A DNA stretch of 64,000 nucleotides from Styela clava (lineage: Eukaryota). The notes beneath the pieces were generated by a model, which saw only the letters and a list, made by a program, of their open reading frames with translations, was not told the origin of the DNA and searched no databases. The stretch covers positions 15,996,001 through 16,060,000 of the forward strand of contig NC_135251.1 in the NCBI RefSeq assembly GCF_964204865.1, given 5' to 3'. Positions 1 to 10,263 of the stretch are shown here, piece after piece (position 1 is the stretch's first letter; every line of letters starts with the position of its first letter). Made by a program: the position numbers and the translations under genes.

Positions 1-78
1 TACGTCTGCGTTGGAACTAAGGACATATTCTTTACTGCGTGATCTTTTTTACAAATAGATCTTTCCCGCAAAAAAAGG

Positions 79-151
79 CGCCCGATAAGGGACTTGAACC
101 CTTGACCGTTGGATTAAAAGTCCAACGCTCTACCGACTGAGCTAACCGGGC
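79..151 (-). tRNA. trnK-UUU: tRNA-Lys (anticodon TTT)
   Basis: GCCCGGTTAGCTCAGTCGGTAGAGCGTTGGACTTTTAATCCAACGGTCAAGGGTTCAAGTCCCTTATCGGGCG folds into a full cloverleaf with A and B boxes; T7 Pol III terminator at 70-76. Confidence 0.95.
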
Positions 152-1652
152 TACGGTACGCGTTAAAACAAAAGACATAACGGATGATAAGAATGAAAAT
201 TTTTGCAATAAGTGTGTTTGTGCATTGTGCTATGTCCATCGCCAGCTATACACAATCTAATCTTCTCGGAACAAAGACGCTACAGCGGCTGTGGTAACCG
301 GGCCACGGTCCGCATTAAAGCAAAAGACATAACGGATGATAAAAATCAATGATTTTGCAGCTAAAACAATTATAAGTGTGTTTGTGCATTGTGCTATGTC
401 CAACACCAGCTATACACAATCTAACGTTGATCTTCTCAGCGTGACCTATTTTTACAAATTGAACCTTTCCGGAACAAAGATGCGCCCGATAGCGCACTTG
501 ACTCCTTGATCGTTGGATAAAAAGTTCAACACTTTACCGATTAAGCTAACCGTGCTACGGTCCGCATTAAAATAAAAAGACATAACAGATGATAAAAATG
601 AATGATTTAGCAGCTAATACAATTATAAATAGGTGTGTTTGTGCATTGTGCTATGTCCAACGCCAGCTATACACAATCAAACGTTAATCTTCTCAGCGTG
701 ATCTATTTTTACAAATTGAACCTTTCCGGAACAAAGAGGCGCCCGATAGCGCACTTGACTCCTTGATCGTTGGATAAAAATTTCAACACTCTACCGATTG
801 AGCTAACTGGGCTACGGTCTGCATTAAAACCAAAGACATAACGGATGATAAAAGTCAATGATTTAGCAGCTAATACAATTATAAGTGTGTTTGTGCAATT
901 TGCTATGTCCAACGCCATCTATACACAATTCAATCTTCCCGGAACAAAGACGCTCTACCGACTGAGGTAACTCTACCGACTGAGCTAACCGGGCTACGGT
1001 CCGCGTTAAACGAAACATATACCGGATCGTCGGAATCTGTTTATTAAGCAGCTAATACAATTATAAGTGTGATTGTGCATTGTGCTATGTCCAACACCAG
1101 CTATACACAATCTAACGTTAATCTTCTCAGCGTGATTTATGTTTACAAATTGAACTATTCCGGAACAAAGGGGCGCCCGATAGCGCACTTGACTCCTTGA
1201 TCGTTGGATGAAAACTTCAACACTCTACCGATTGAGCTAACTGGGCTACGGTCTGCATTAAAACCAAAGACATAACGGATGATAAAAGTCAATGATTTAG
1301 CAGCTAATACAATTATAAGTGTCTTTGTGCAATTTGCTATGTCCAACACCAGCTATACACAATTTAATCTTCCCGGAACAAAGACGCTCCACCGGCTGTG
1401 GTAACCGGGCTACGGTGTGCAGTCAAACAAAAGACATGACTGATGATAAAAATCAATGATTTAGCAGCTAATACAATTATAAGTGTGTTTGTGCATTGTG
1501 CTATGTCCATCGCCAGCTATATACAATCTATTCTTCTCGGAACAAAGACGCTCCAGCGGCTGTGGTAACCGGGCTACGTCTGCGTTGGAACTAAGGACAT
1601 ATTCTTTACTGCGTGATCTTTTTTACAAATAGATCTTTCCCGCAAAAAAAGG

Positions 1653-1725
1653 CGCCCGATAAGGGACTTGAACCCTTGACCGTTGGATTAAAAGTCCAAC
1701 GCTCTACCGACTGAGCTAACCGGGC
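1653..1725 (-). tRNA. trnK-UUU: tRNA-Lys (TTT)
   Basis: Identical 73-nt cloverleaf followed by a T7 terminator. Confidence 0.95.
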
Positions 1726-3226
1726 TACGGTACGCGTTAAAACAAAAGACATAACGGATGATAAGAATGAAAATTTTTGCAATAAGTGTGTTTGTGCATT
1801 GTGCTATGTCCATCGCCAGCTATACACAATCTAATCTTCTCGGAACAAAGACGCTACAGCGGCTGTGGTAACCGGGCCACGGTCCGCATTAAAGCAAAAG
1901 ACATAACGGATGATAAAAATCAATGATTTTGCAGCTAAAACAATTATAAGTGTGTTTGTGCATTGTGCTATGTCCAACACCAGCTATACACAATCTAACG
2001 TTGATCTTCTCAGCGTGACCTATTTTTACAAATTGAACCTTTCCGGAACAAAGATGCGCCCGATAGCGCACTTGACTCCTTGATCGTTGGATAAAAAGTT
2101 CAACACTCTACCGATTAAGCTAACCGTGCTACGGTCCGCATTAAAATAAAAAGACATAACAGATGATAAAAATGAATGATTTAGCAGCTAATACAATTAT
2201 AAATAGGTGTGTTTGTGCATTGTGCTATGTCCAACGCCAGCTATACACAATCAAACGTTAATCTTCTCAGCGTGATCTATTTTTACAAATTGAACCTTTC
2301 CGGAACAAAGAGGCGCCCGATAGCGCACTTGACTCCTTGATCGTTGGATAAAAATTTCAACACTCTACCGATTGAGCTAACTGGGCTACGGTCTGCATTA
2401 AAACCAAAGACATAACGGATGATAAAAGTCAATGATTTAGCAGCTAATACAATTATAAGTGTGTTTGTGCAATTTGCTATGTCCAACGCCATCTATACAC
2501 AATTCAATCTTCCCGGAACAAAGACGCTCTACCGACTGAGGTAACTCTACCGACTGAGCTAACCGGGCTACGGTCCGCGTTAAACGAAACATATACCGGA
2601 TCGTCGGAATCTGTTTATTAAGCAGCTAATACAATTATAAGTGTGATTGTGCATTGTGCTATGTCCAACACCAGCTATACACAATCTAACGTTAATCTTC
2701 TCAGCGTGATTTATGTTTACAAATTGAACTATTCCGGAACAAAGGGGCGCCCGATAGCGCACTTGACTCCTTGATCGTTGGATGAAAACTTCAACACTCT
2801 ACCGATTGAGCTAACTGGGCTACGGTCTGCATTAAAACCAAAGACATAACGGATGATAAAAGTCAATGATTTAGCAGCTAATACAATTATAAGTGTCTTT
2901 GTGCAATTTGCTATGTCCAACACCAGCTATACACAATCTAATCTTCCCGGAACAAAGACGCTCCACCGGCTGTGGTAACCGGGCTACGGTGTGCAGTCAA
3001 ACAAAAGACATGACTGATGATAAAAATCAATGATTTAGCAGCTAATACAATTATAGGTGTGTTTGTGCATTGTGCTATGTCCATCGCCAGCTATATACAA
3101 TCTATTCTTCTCGGAACAAAGACGCTCCAGCGGCTGTGGTAACCGGGCTACGTCTGCGTTGGAACTAAGGACATATTCTTTACTGCGTGATCTTTTTTAC
3201 AAATAGATCCTTCCCGCAAAAAAAGG

Positions 3227-3299
3227 CGCCCGATAAGGGACTTGAACCCTTGACCGTTGGATTAAAAGTCCAACGCTATACCGACTGAGCTAACCGGGC
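3227..3299 (-). tRNA. trnK-UUU: tRNA-Lys (TTT), D-stem variant
   Basis: Same gene with GAGC>TAGC in the D stem; T7 terminator. Confidence 0.8.
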
Positions 3300-3527
3300 T
3301 ACGGTCCGCGTTAAAACAAAAGACATAACGGATGATAAAAATGAAAAATTTTGCAGCTAATACAATTATGGGTGTGTTTGTGCATTGTGCTATGTCCAAC
3401 ACCAGCTGTATACAATCTAATCTTCCCGGAACAAAGACGCTCCACCGGCTGTGGTAACCGGGCTACGGTCTGCGTATTATTTAATGCTTGATCTTTTTTA
3501 AAATTGAACCTTCCCGGAACAAAGAGG

Positions 3528-3600
3528 CGCCCGATAAGGGACTTGAACCCTTGACCGTTGGATTAAAAGTCCAACGCTCTACCGACTGAGCTAACCGGGC
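3528..3600 (-). tRNA. trnK-UUU: tRNA-Lys (TTT)
   Basis: Identical 73-nt cloverleaf; 3' flank CCTCTTTGTT. Confidence 0.92.
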
Positions 3601-4207
3601 CACGGTCCGTATAAAGCAAAAGACATAACGGATGGTAAAAATCAATGTTTTAGCAGCTAATACACATATAAGTGCGTTTCTGCATTGTGATATGTCCAAC
3701 GCCATCTATACACAATCCAATCTTCCCGGAACAAAGACGCTCTACCGACTGAGCTAACCGGGCCACGGTCCGCGTTAAACGAAACACATACCGGATCGTC
3801 GGAATCTGTTTATTAAGCAGCTAATACAATTATCACAATCTAACGTGAATCTTCTCAGCGTGATTTATTTTTACAAATTGAACCTTTCCGGAACAAAGAG
3901 GCGCCCGATAGCGCACTTGACTACTTGATCGTTGGATAAAAAGTTCAACACTCTACCGATTGATCTAACCGTCTACGGTCTGCATTAAAACAAAAGACAT
4001 AACAAATGATAAAAATGAATGATTTAGCAGCTAATACAAGTATAAATAAGTGTGTTTATGCATTGTGCTATGTCCAACGCCAGCTTATACACAATCTAAT
4101 CTTCCCGGAACAAAGACGCTCCACCGGCTGTGGTAACCGGGCTACGGTCTGCGTATTATTTAATGCGTGATCTTTTTTACAAATTGAACCTTCCCGGAAC
4201 AAAGAGG

Positions 4208-4280
4208 CGCCCGATAAGGGACTTGAACCCTTGACCGTTGGATTAAAAGTCCAACGCTCTACCGACTGAGCTAACCGGGC
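4208..4280 (-). tRNA. trnK-UUU: tRNA-Lys (TTT)
   Basis: Identical 73-nt cloverleaf. Confidence 0.92.
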
Positions 4281-4774
4281 CACGGTCCGCATTAAAGCAA
4301 AAGACATAACGGATGATAAAAATCAATGATTTTGCAGCTAATACAATTATAAGTGTGTTTGTGCATTGTGCTATGTCCAACACCAGCTATACACAATCTA
4401 ACGTCAATCTTCTCAGCGTGACCATATTTTCACAAATTGAAACTTTCCGGAACAAAGAGGCGCCCGATAGCGCACTTGACTCCTTGATCGTTGGATAAAA
4501 AGTTTAACACTCTACCGATTGAGCTAACCGGGCTACCGTCGGCATTAAAACAAAAGACATAACGGACGATAAAAATCAATGATTTAGCAGCTAATACAAT
4601 TATAAGTGTGTTTGTGCATTGTGCTATGTCCAACGCCAGCTATACGCAATCTAATCTTCTCGGAACAAAGACGCTCCAGCGGCTGTGGTAACCGGGCTAC
4701 GTCTGCGTTGGAACTAAGGACATATTCTTTACTGCGTGATCTTTTTTACAAATAGATTCTTCCCGCAAAAAAGG

Positions 4775-4847
4775 CGCCCGATAAGGGACTTGAACCCTTG
4801 ACCGTTGGATTAAAAGTCCAACGCTCTACCGACTGAGCTAACCGGGC
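4775..4847 (-). tRNA. trnK-UUU: tRNA-Lys (TTT)
   Basis: Identical 73-nt cloverleaf with a T6 terminator. Confidence 0.95.
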
Positions 4848-5887
4848 TACGGTACGCGTTAAAACAAAAGACATAACGGATGATAAGAATGAAAATTTTT
4901 GCAGCTAATACAATTATAAGTGTGTATAGATTGTGTATAGATGGCGTTGGACATAGCAAATTGCACAAACACACTTATAATTGTATTAGCTGCTAAATCA
5001 TTGACTTTTATCATCCGTTATGTCTTTGGTTTTAATGCAGACCGTAGCCCAGTTAGCTCAATCAAAAGATTAACGTTAGATTGTGTATAGCTGGTGTTGG
5101 ACATAGCACAATGCACAATCACACTTATAATTGTATTAGCTGCTTAATAAACAGATTCCGACGATCCGGTATATGTTTCGTTTAACGCGGACCGTAGCCC
5201 GGTTAGCTCAGTCGGTAGAGTTACCTCAGTCGGTAGAGCGTCTTTGTTCCGGGAAGATTGGATTGTGTATAGATGGCGTTGGACATAGCAAATTGCACAA
5301 ACACACTTATAATTGTATTAGCTGCTAAATCATTGACTTTTATCATCCGTTATGTCTTTGGTTTTAATGCAGACCGTAGCCCAGTTAGCTCAATCGGTAG
5401 AGTGTTGAAATTTTTATCCAACGATCAAGGAGTCAAGTGCGCTATCGGGCGCCTCTTTGTTCCGGAAAGGTTCAATTTGTAAAAATAGATCACGCTGAGA
5501 AGATTAACGTTTGATTGTGTATAGCTGGCGTTGGACATAGCACAATGCACAAACACACCTATTTATAATTGTATTAGCTGCTAAATCATTCATTTTTATC
5601 ATCTGTTATGTCTTTTTGTTTTAATGCGGACCGTAGCACGGTTAGCTTAATCGGTAGAGTGTTGAAATTTTTATCCAACGATCAAGGAGTCAAGTGCGCT
5701 ATCGGGCGCCTCTTTGTTCCGGAAAGGTTCAATTTGTAAAAATAGGTCACGCTGAGAAGATCAACGTTAGATTGTGTATAGCTGGTGTTTGACATAGCAC
5801 AATGCACAAACACACTTATAATTGTATTAGCTGCAAAATCATTGATTTTTATCATCCGTTATGTCTTTTGCTTTAATGCGGACCGTG

Positions 5888-5960
5888 GCCCGGTTAGCTC
5901 AGTCGGTAGAGCGTTGGACTTTTAATCCAACGGTCAAGGGTTCAAGTCCCTTATCGGGCG
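5888..5960 (+). tRNA. trnK-UUU: tRNA-Lys (TTT)
   Basis: Identical 73-nt cloverleaf on the plus strand. Confidence 0.92.
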
Positions 5961-7295
5961 CCTCTTTGTTCCGGGAAGGTTCAATTTTAAAAAAGATCAA
6001 GCATTAAATAATACGCAGACCGTAGCCCGGTTACCACAGCCGGTGGAGCGTCTTTGTTCCGAGAAGAATAGATTTTATATAGCTGGCGATGGACATGGCA
6101 CAATGCACAAACACACTTATAATTGTATTAGCTGCTAAATCATTGATTTTTATCATCAGTCATGTCTTTTGTTTGACTGCACACCGTAGCCCGGTTACCA
6201 CAGCCGGTGGAGCAACTTTGTTCCGGGAAGATTAGATTGTGTATAGCTGGTGTTGGACATAGCAAATTGCACAAAGACACTTATAATTGTATTAGCTGCT
6301 AAATCATTGACTTTTATCATCCGTTATGTCTTTGGTTTTAATGCAGACCGTAGCCCAGTTAGCTCAATCGGTAGAGTGTTGAAGTTTTCATCCAACGATC
6401 AAGGAGTCAAGTGCGCTATCGGGCGCCCCTTTGTTCCGGAATAGTTCAATTTGTAAAAATAAATCACGCTGAGAAGATTAACGTTAGATTGTGTATAGCT
6501 GGTGTTGGACATAGCACAATGCACAATCACACTTATAATTGTATTAGCTGCTTAATAAACAGATTCCGACGATCCGGTATATGTTTCGTCTAACGCGGAC
6601 CGTAGCCCGGTTAGCTCAGTCGGTAGAGTTACTTCAGTCGGTAGAGCGTCTTTGTTCCGGGAAGATTGGATTGTGTATAGATGGCGTTGGACATAGCAAA
6701 TTGCACAAACACACTTATAATTGTATTAGCTGCTAAATCATTGTCTTTTATCATCCGTTATGTCTTTGGTTTTAATGCAGACCGTAGCCCAGTTAGCTCA
6801 ATCGGTAGAGTGTTGAAATTTTTATCCAACGATCAAGGAGTCAAGTGCGCTATCGGGCGCCTCTTTGTTCCGGAAAGGTTCAATTTGTAAAAATAGATCA
6901 CGCTGAGAAGATTAACGTTTGATTGTGTATAGCTGGCGTTGGACATAGCACAATGCACAAACACACCTATTTATAATTGTATTAGCTGCTAAATCATTCA
7001 TTTTTATCATCTGTTATGTCTTTTTGTTTTAATGCGGACCGTAGCACGGTTAGCTTAATCGGTAGAGTGTTGAACTTTTTATCCAACGATCAAGGAGTCA
7101 AGTGCGCTATCGGGCGCCTCTTTGTTCCGGAAAGGTTCAATTTGTAAAAATAGGTCACGCTGAGAAGATCAACGTTAGATTGTGTATAGCTGGTGTTGGA
7201 CATAGCACAATGCACAAACACACTTATAATTGTATTAGCTGCAAAATCATTGATTTTTATCATCCGTTATGTCTTTTGCTTTAATGCGGACCGTG

Positions 7296-7368
7296 GCCCG
7301 GTTAGCTCAGTCGGTAGAGCGTTGGACTTTTAATCCAACGGTCAAGGGTTCAAGTCCCTTATCGGGCG
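7296..7368 (+). tRNA. trnK-UUU: tRNA-Lys (TTT)
   Basis: Identical 73-nt cloverleaf. Confidence 0.92.
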
Positions 7369-8016
7369 CCTCTTTGTTTCGGGAAGGTTCAATTTGTAAA
7401 AATGAACACGCATTAAAGAATACTCAGCCGTAGCCCGGTTACCACAGCCGGTGGAGCGTCTTTGTTCCGGGAAGATTAGATTGTGTATAAGCTGGCGTTG
7501 GACATAGCACAATGCATAAACACACTTATTTATACTTGTATTAGCTGCTAAATCATTCATTTTTATCATTTGTTATGTCTTTTGTTTTAATGCAGACCGT
7601 AGACGGTTAGATCAATCGGTAGAGTGTTGAACTTTTTATCCAACGATCAAGTAGTCAAGTGCGCTATCGGGCGCCTCTTTGTTCCGGAAAGGTTCAATTT
7701 GTAAAAATAAATCACGCAGAGAAGATTCACGTTAGATTGTGTATAACTGGTGTTGGACATTGCACAATGCACAAACACACTTATAATTGTATTAGCTGCT
7801 CAATAAACAGATTCCGACGATCCGGTATGTGTTTCGTTTAACGCGGACCGTAGCCCGGTTAGCTCAGTCGGTAGAGCGTCTTTGTTCCGGGAAGATTGGA
7901 TTGTGTATAGATGGCGTTGGACATATCACAATGCAGAAACACACTTATATGTGTATTAGCTGCTAAAACATTGATTTTTACCATGTGTTATATCTTTTGT
8001 TTCAATTCAGACCGTA

Positions 8017-8089
8017 GCCCGGTTAGCTCAGTCGGTAGAGCGTTGGACTTTTAATCCAACGGTCAAGGGTTCAAGTCCCTTATCGGGCG
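8017..8089 (+). tRNA. trnK-UUU: tRNA-Lys (TTT)
   Basis: Identical 73-nt cloverleaf. Confidence 0.92.
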
Positions 8090-8569
8090 CCTCTTTGTTT
8101 CGGGAAGGTTCAATTTGTAAAAATTAACACGCATTAAAGAATACGCAGCCGTAGCCCGGTTACCACAGCCGGTGGAGCGTCTTTGTTCCGGGAAGATTAG
8201 ATTGCGTATAGCTGGCGTTGGACATAGCACAATGCACAAACACACTTATAATTGTATTAGCTGCTAAATCATTGATTTTTATCGTCCGTTATGTCTTTTG
8301 TTTCAATGCAGACGGTAGCCCGGTTAGCTCAATCGGTAGAGTGTTAAACTTTTTATCCAACGATCAAGGAGTCAAGTGCGCTATCGGGCGCCTCTTTGTT
8401 CCGGAAAGTTTCAATTTGTAAAAATAGATCACGCTGAGAAGATTAACGTTAGATTGTATACAGCTGGTGTTGGACATAGCACAATGCACAAACACACTTA
8501 TAATTGTATTAGCTGCAAAATTTTTCATTTTTATCATCCGTTATGTCTTTTGTTTTAACGCGGACCGTA

Positions 8570-8642
8570 GCCCGGTTAGCTCAGTCGGTATAGCGTTGGA
8601 CTTTTTATCCAACTGTCAAGGGTTCAAGTCCCTTATCGGGCG
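8570..8642 (+). pseudogene. tRNA-Lys variant, probably non-functional
   Basis: D-stem mismatch (TAGC), anticodon loop CTTTTTA (internal T5), variable loop change; T7 downstream. Confidence 0.7.
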
Positions 8643-8924
8643 CCTTTTTTTGCGGGAAGGATCTATTTGTAAAAAAGATTACGCAGTAAAGAATATGTCC
8701 TTAGTTCCAACGCAGACGTAGCCCGGTTACCACAGCCGCTGTAGCGTCTTTGTTCCGAGAAGATTAGATTGTGTATAGCTGGCGATGGACATAGCACAAT
8801 GCACAAACACACTTATAATTGTATTAGCTGCTAAATCATTGATTTTTATCATCCGTTATGTATTTTGTTTTAATGCGCACCGTAGCCCGGTTAGCTCAGT
8901 CGGTAGAGCGTTGGACTTTTAATT

Positions 8925-9419
8925 AATTCTCGGCGAAAAAGACCTGTGCAAACAGCCTCACAGAACGTCGCACAACCTACCAACATAGTTGCTGATGTGA
9001 CTGAAGTATCGACCTCTGAATCTGAATCCAAATGTCTGCGAGAGATCAAAGACTGGTCAGAATGTGAGGACGTCGAAAAGATCAGCCCGCTCAAAACACC
9101 ACCATCGAGACCGGCCAGGCAATTGTTCCGACTCAAAGAAACATCCACCATCGGCAACACCCCGTTCAACCCGCCTTCAATGGGGAAAGCGTATGTTAAG
9201 GTGAAGATTCACAACATCGAGTCTTTTGATACAACAACATCATCGGTCTCCGAGGAAACACCAGATGAAACAACATCTGCTCCAGCATATCTGGAATCAA
9301 ATATGCAGCCGCCAATTGTCGATCTGACCAGTAAACGTAGCAGGGAGGACACAACATCTACAGACTCGTCAACATCCAAAACTACCAACAAGAGAGCAGT
9401 AGGCAAAAAGAAAAAATAA
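8925..9419 (+). CDS. C-terminal part of retroelement ORF1p (5'-truncated)
   Basis: ORF-track 157 aa, no in-frame stop back to the insertion junction; homologous to 10941-11315. Confidence 0.7.
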   Translation, partial: NSRRKRPVQTASQNVAQPTNIVADVTEVSTSESESKCLREIKDWSECEDVEKISPLKTPPSRPARQLFRLKETSTIGNTPFNPPSMGKAYVKVKIHNIESFDTTTSSVSEETPDETTSAPAYLESNMQPPIVDLTSKRSREDTTSTDSSTSKTTNKRAVGKKKK

Positions 9420-9586
9420 CAGTGAGTGCCTCAACCTAGGTTTCGACCGCGAACCATCAAAATTCCCTTCTCGTCTTTTCATTTCGGGCATGATATGTTA
9501 CAATTTGGCCTTTAAACAAATTTCCCCGATCAAACGCCCAGTTGATGGCGTTAAATCTCAACTACGGTAATACCATCTAACAAGTA

Positions 9587-9733
9587 ACGGAAGTGATGAA
9601 AGGAATTCTACCACAACACATGGTATACAAAATGGTGATCTCTATTACAAAGAGAATTGATCCATAAACTTCCGTCGGCACAGTCTGGGTATGAAGGCAT
9701 TTGGGCTGGATTCCAGACTTGTCGTCCTGATCC

Positions 9734-9735
<2 letters not shown>
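9587..9735 (+). ncRNA. Box C/D snoRNA-like structured module forming the 3' end of the retroelement
   Basis: ACGGA-A-GTGATGA (box C 9593-9599) ... CTGA (box D 9727-9730)-TCCGT, a perfect 5-bp terminal stem directly before poly(A); internal k-turn hairpin 9632-9665. Confidence 0.7.
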
Positions 9736-9780
<45 letters not shown>

Positions 9781-9974
9781 GTTGGACTTTTAATCCAACG
9801 GCCAAGGGTGCGAGTCCCTTATCGGGCCCCTCTTTGTTCCGGGAAGGTTCAACACACTTATTTTATAATTGTATTAGCTGCTAAATCATTGATTTTTATC
9901 ATCTGTTATGTCTTTTGTTTTAATGCAGACCGTAGCCCGGTTAGCTCAATCGGTAGAGTGTTGAACTTTTTATC

Positions 9975-10160
9975 AGTCAGTCAGTAATCAGTAGTTTATT
10001 TTCTCACCATACTAAATGCACACTTGATATACAAATTGCAATAAATAAATAAAAGGCATTTCAGGGTGAGGGGAGCCGCGAGAAACCAAATTTGGTTATC
10101 GAGCAGCGGCACCCATAAGCACAAGTCTAACAAGGAAATAATAACAAAAAAAAAGTCGAA
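9975..10160 (-). mobile_element. 3' end of a retroelement (LINE/SINE) with AATAAA and an (ACTG)n-like tail
   Basis: Minus strand reads ...ggtgagaaAATAAActactgattactgactgactg. A diverged second copy lies at ~62106-62560 (agtttatt..tcaccatact, gcatttcaggg, tggttatc..cagcg.caccc). Confidence 0.6.
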
Positions 10161-10221
10161 CTGTGTATATACAGTTCAATTCAATTAAAGAGTCCAGCTG
10201 CACACTAACACAAATGTATTT

Positions 10222-10263
10222 CTGTAACGTTTCGTCCGACCAGAGTCAGACTTCCTCAGACAA
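10222..10263 (-). ncRNA. Minimal type I hammerhead ribozyme (Penelope-like element type)
   Basis: Minus strand: TTGT-CTGAGGA-A-GTCTGAC-tctg-GTCGGAC-GAA-ACGT-T-ACAG. 7-bp stem II, palindromic ACGT stem III, 4-bp stem I. Confidence 0.6.

Larger units (their letters stand above)
8924..9779 (+). mobile_element. 5'-truncated ORF1-only (HAL1-like) L1/Tx1-related retroelement
   Basis: 15-bp TSD; A44 tail 9736-9779; frame open from the 5' junction to TAA 9419. The peptide STIGNTPFNPPSMGKAYVKVKIHN...SAPAYLESN...KKKK matches the ORF1 C-terminus at 10985-11315. There is no ORF2 in the 316 bp between the stop and poly(A). Confidence 0.88.
8885..9828 (+). pseudogene. tRNA-Lys split by a retroelement insertion
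   Basis: 5' half 8885-8923, 3' part 9780-9828, with cgttggacttttaat duplicated at 8909-8923 and 9780-9794. Confidence 0.92.
1..9974. repeat. Tandem tRNA-Lys(UUU) array: intact genes, pseudo-tRNAs and 5'-fragment units; 1574-bp higher-order repeat; minus orientation to ~4925, plus orientation after
   Basis: Roughly 150-260-bp monomers share the flank tagattgtgtatagctggNgttggacatagcacaatgcacaaacacacttataattgtattagctgc. tRNAs at 79, 1653 and 3227 are spaced exactly 1574 bp apart, and ORF-track duplicates have the same offset. Pseudo-tRNA variant (GCCCGGTTAGCTCAATCGGTAGAGTGTTGAAC...GGAGTCAAGTGCGCTATCGGGCG, broken T arm/B box) occurs e.g. at 483-555, 740-812 and 1174-1246. Confidence 0.95.

Noticed and set aside
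315-8721. Repeated 60-84 aa ORFs (MRYRA..., MALDIA...)
   Set aside because: By-products of the tRNA repeat monomers; many use non-ATG starts and overlap tRNAs, and none has a protein motif.
9705-9726. Possible guide complementarity of the C/D module to tRNA-Lys
   Set aside because: Only 6 nt (gacttg) match and that region is paired internally; no methylation target can be claimed without a search.
1-9970. CRISPR-like repeat/spacer appearance
   Set aside because: The spacers are themselves repeated, the repeats are tRNA genes, there are no cas genes and the context is eukaryotic.
9608-9987. Poly-Lys and poly-Phe ORFs
   Set aside because: Translations of the retroelement poly(A) tail.
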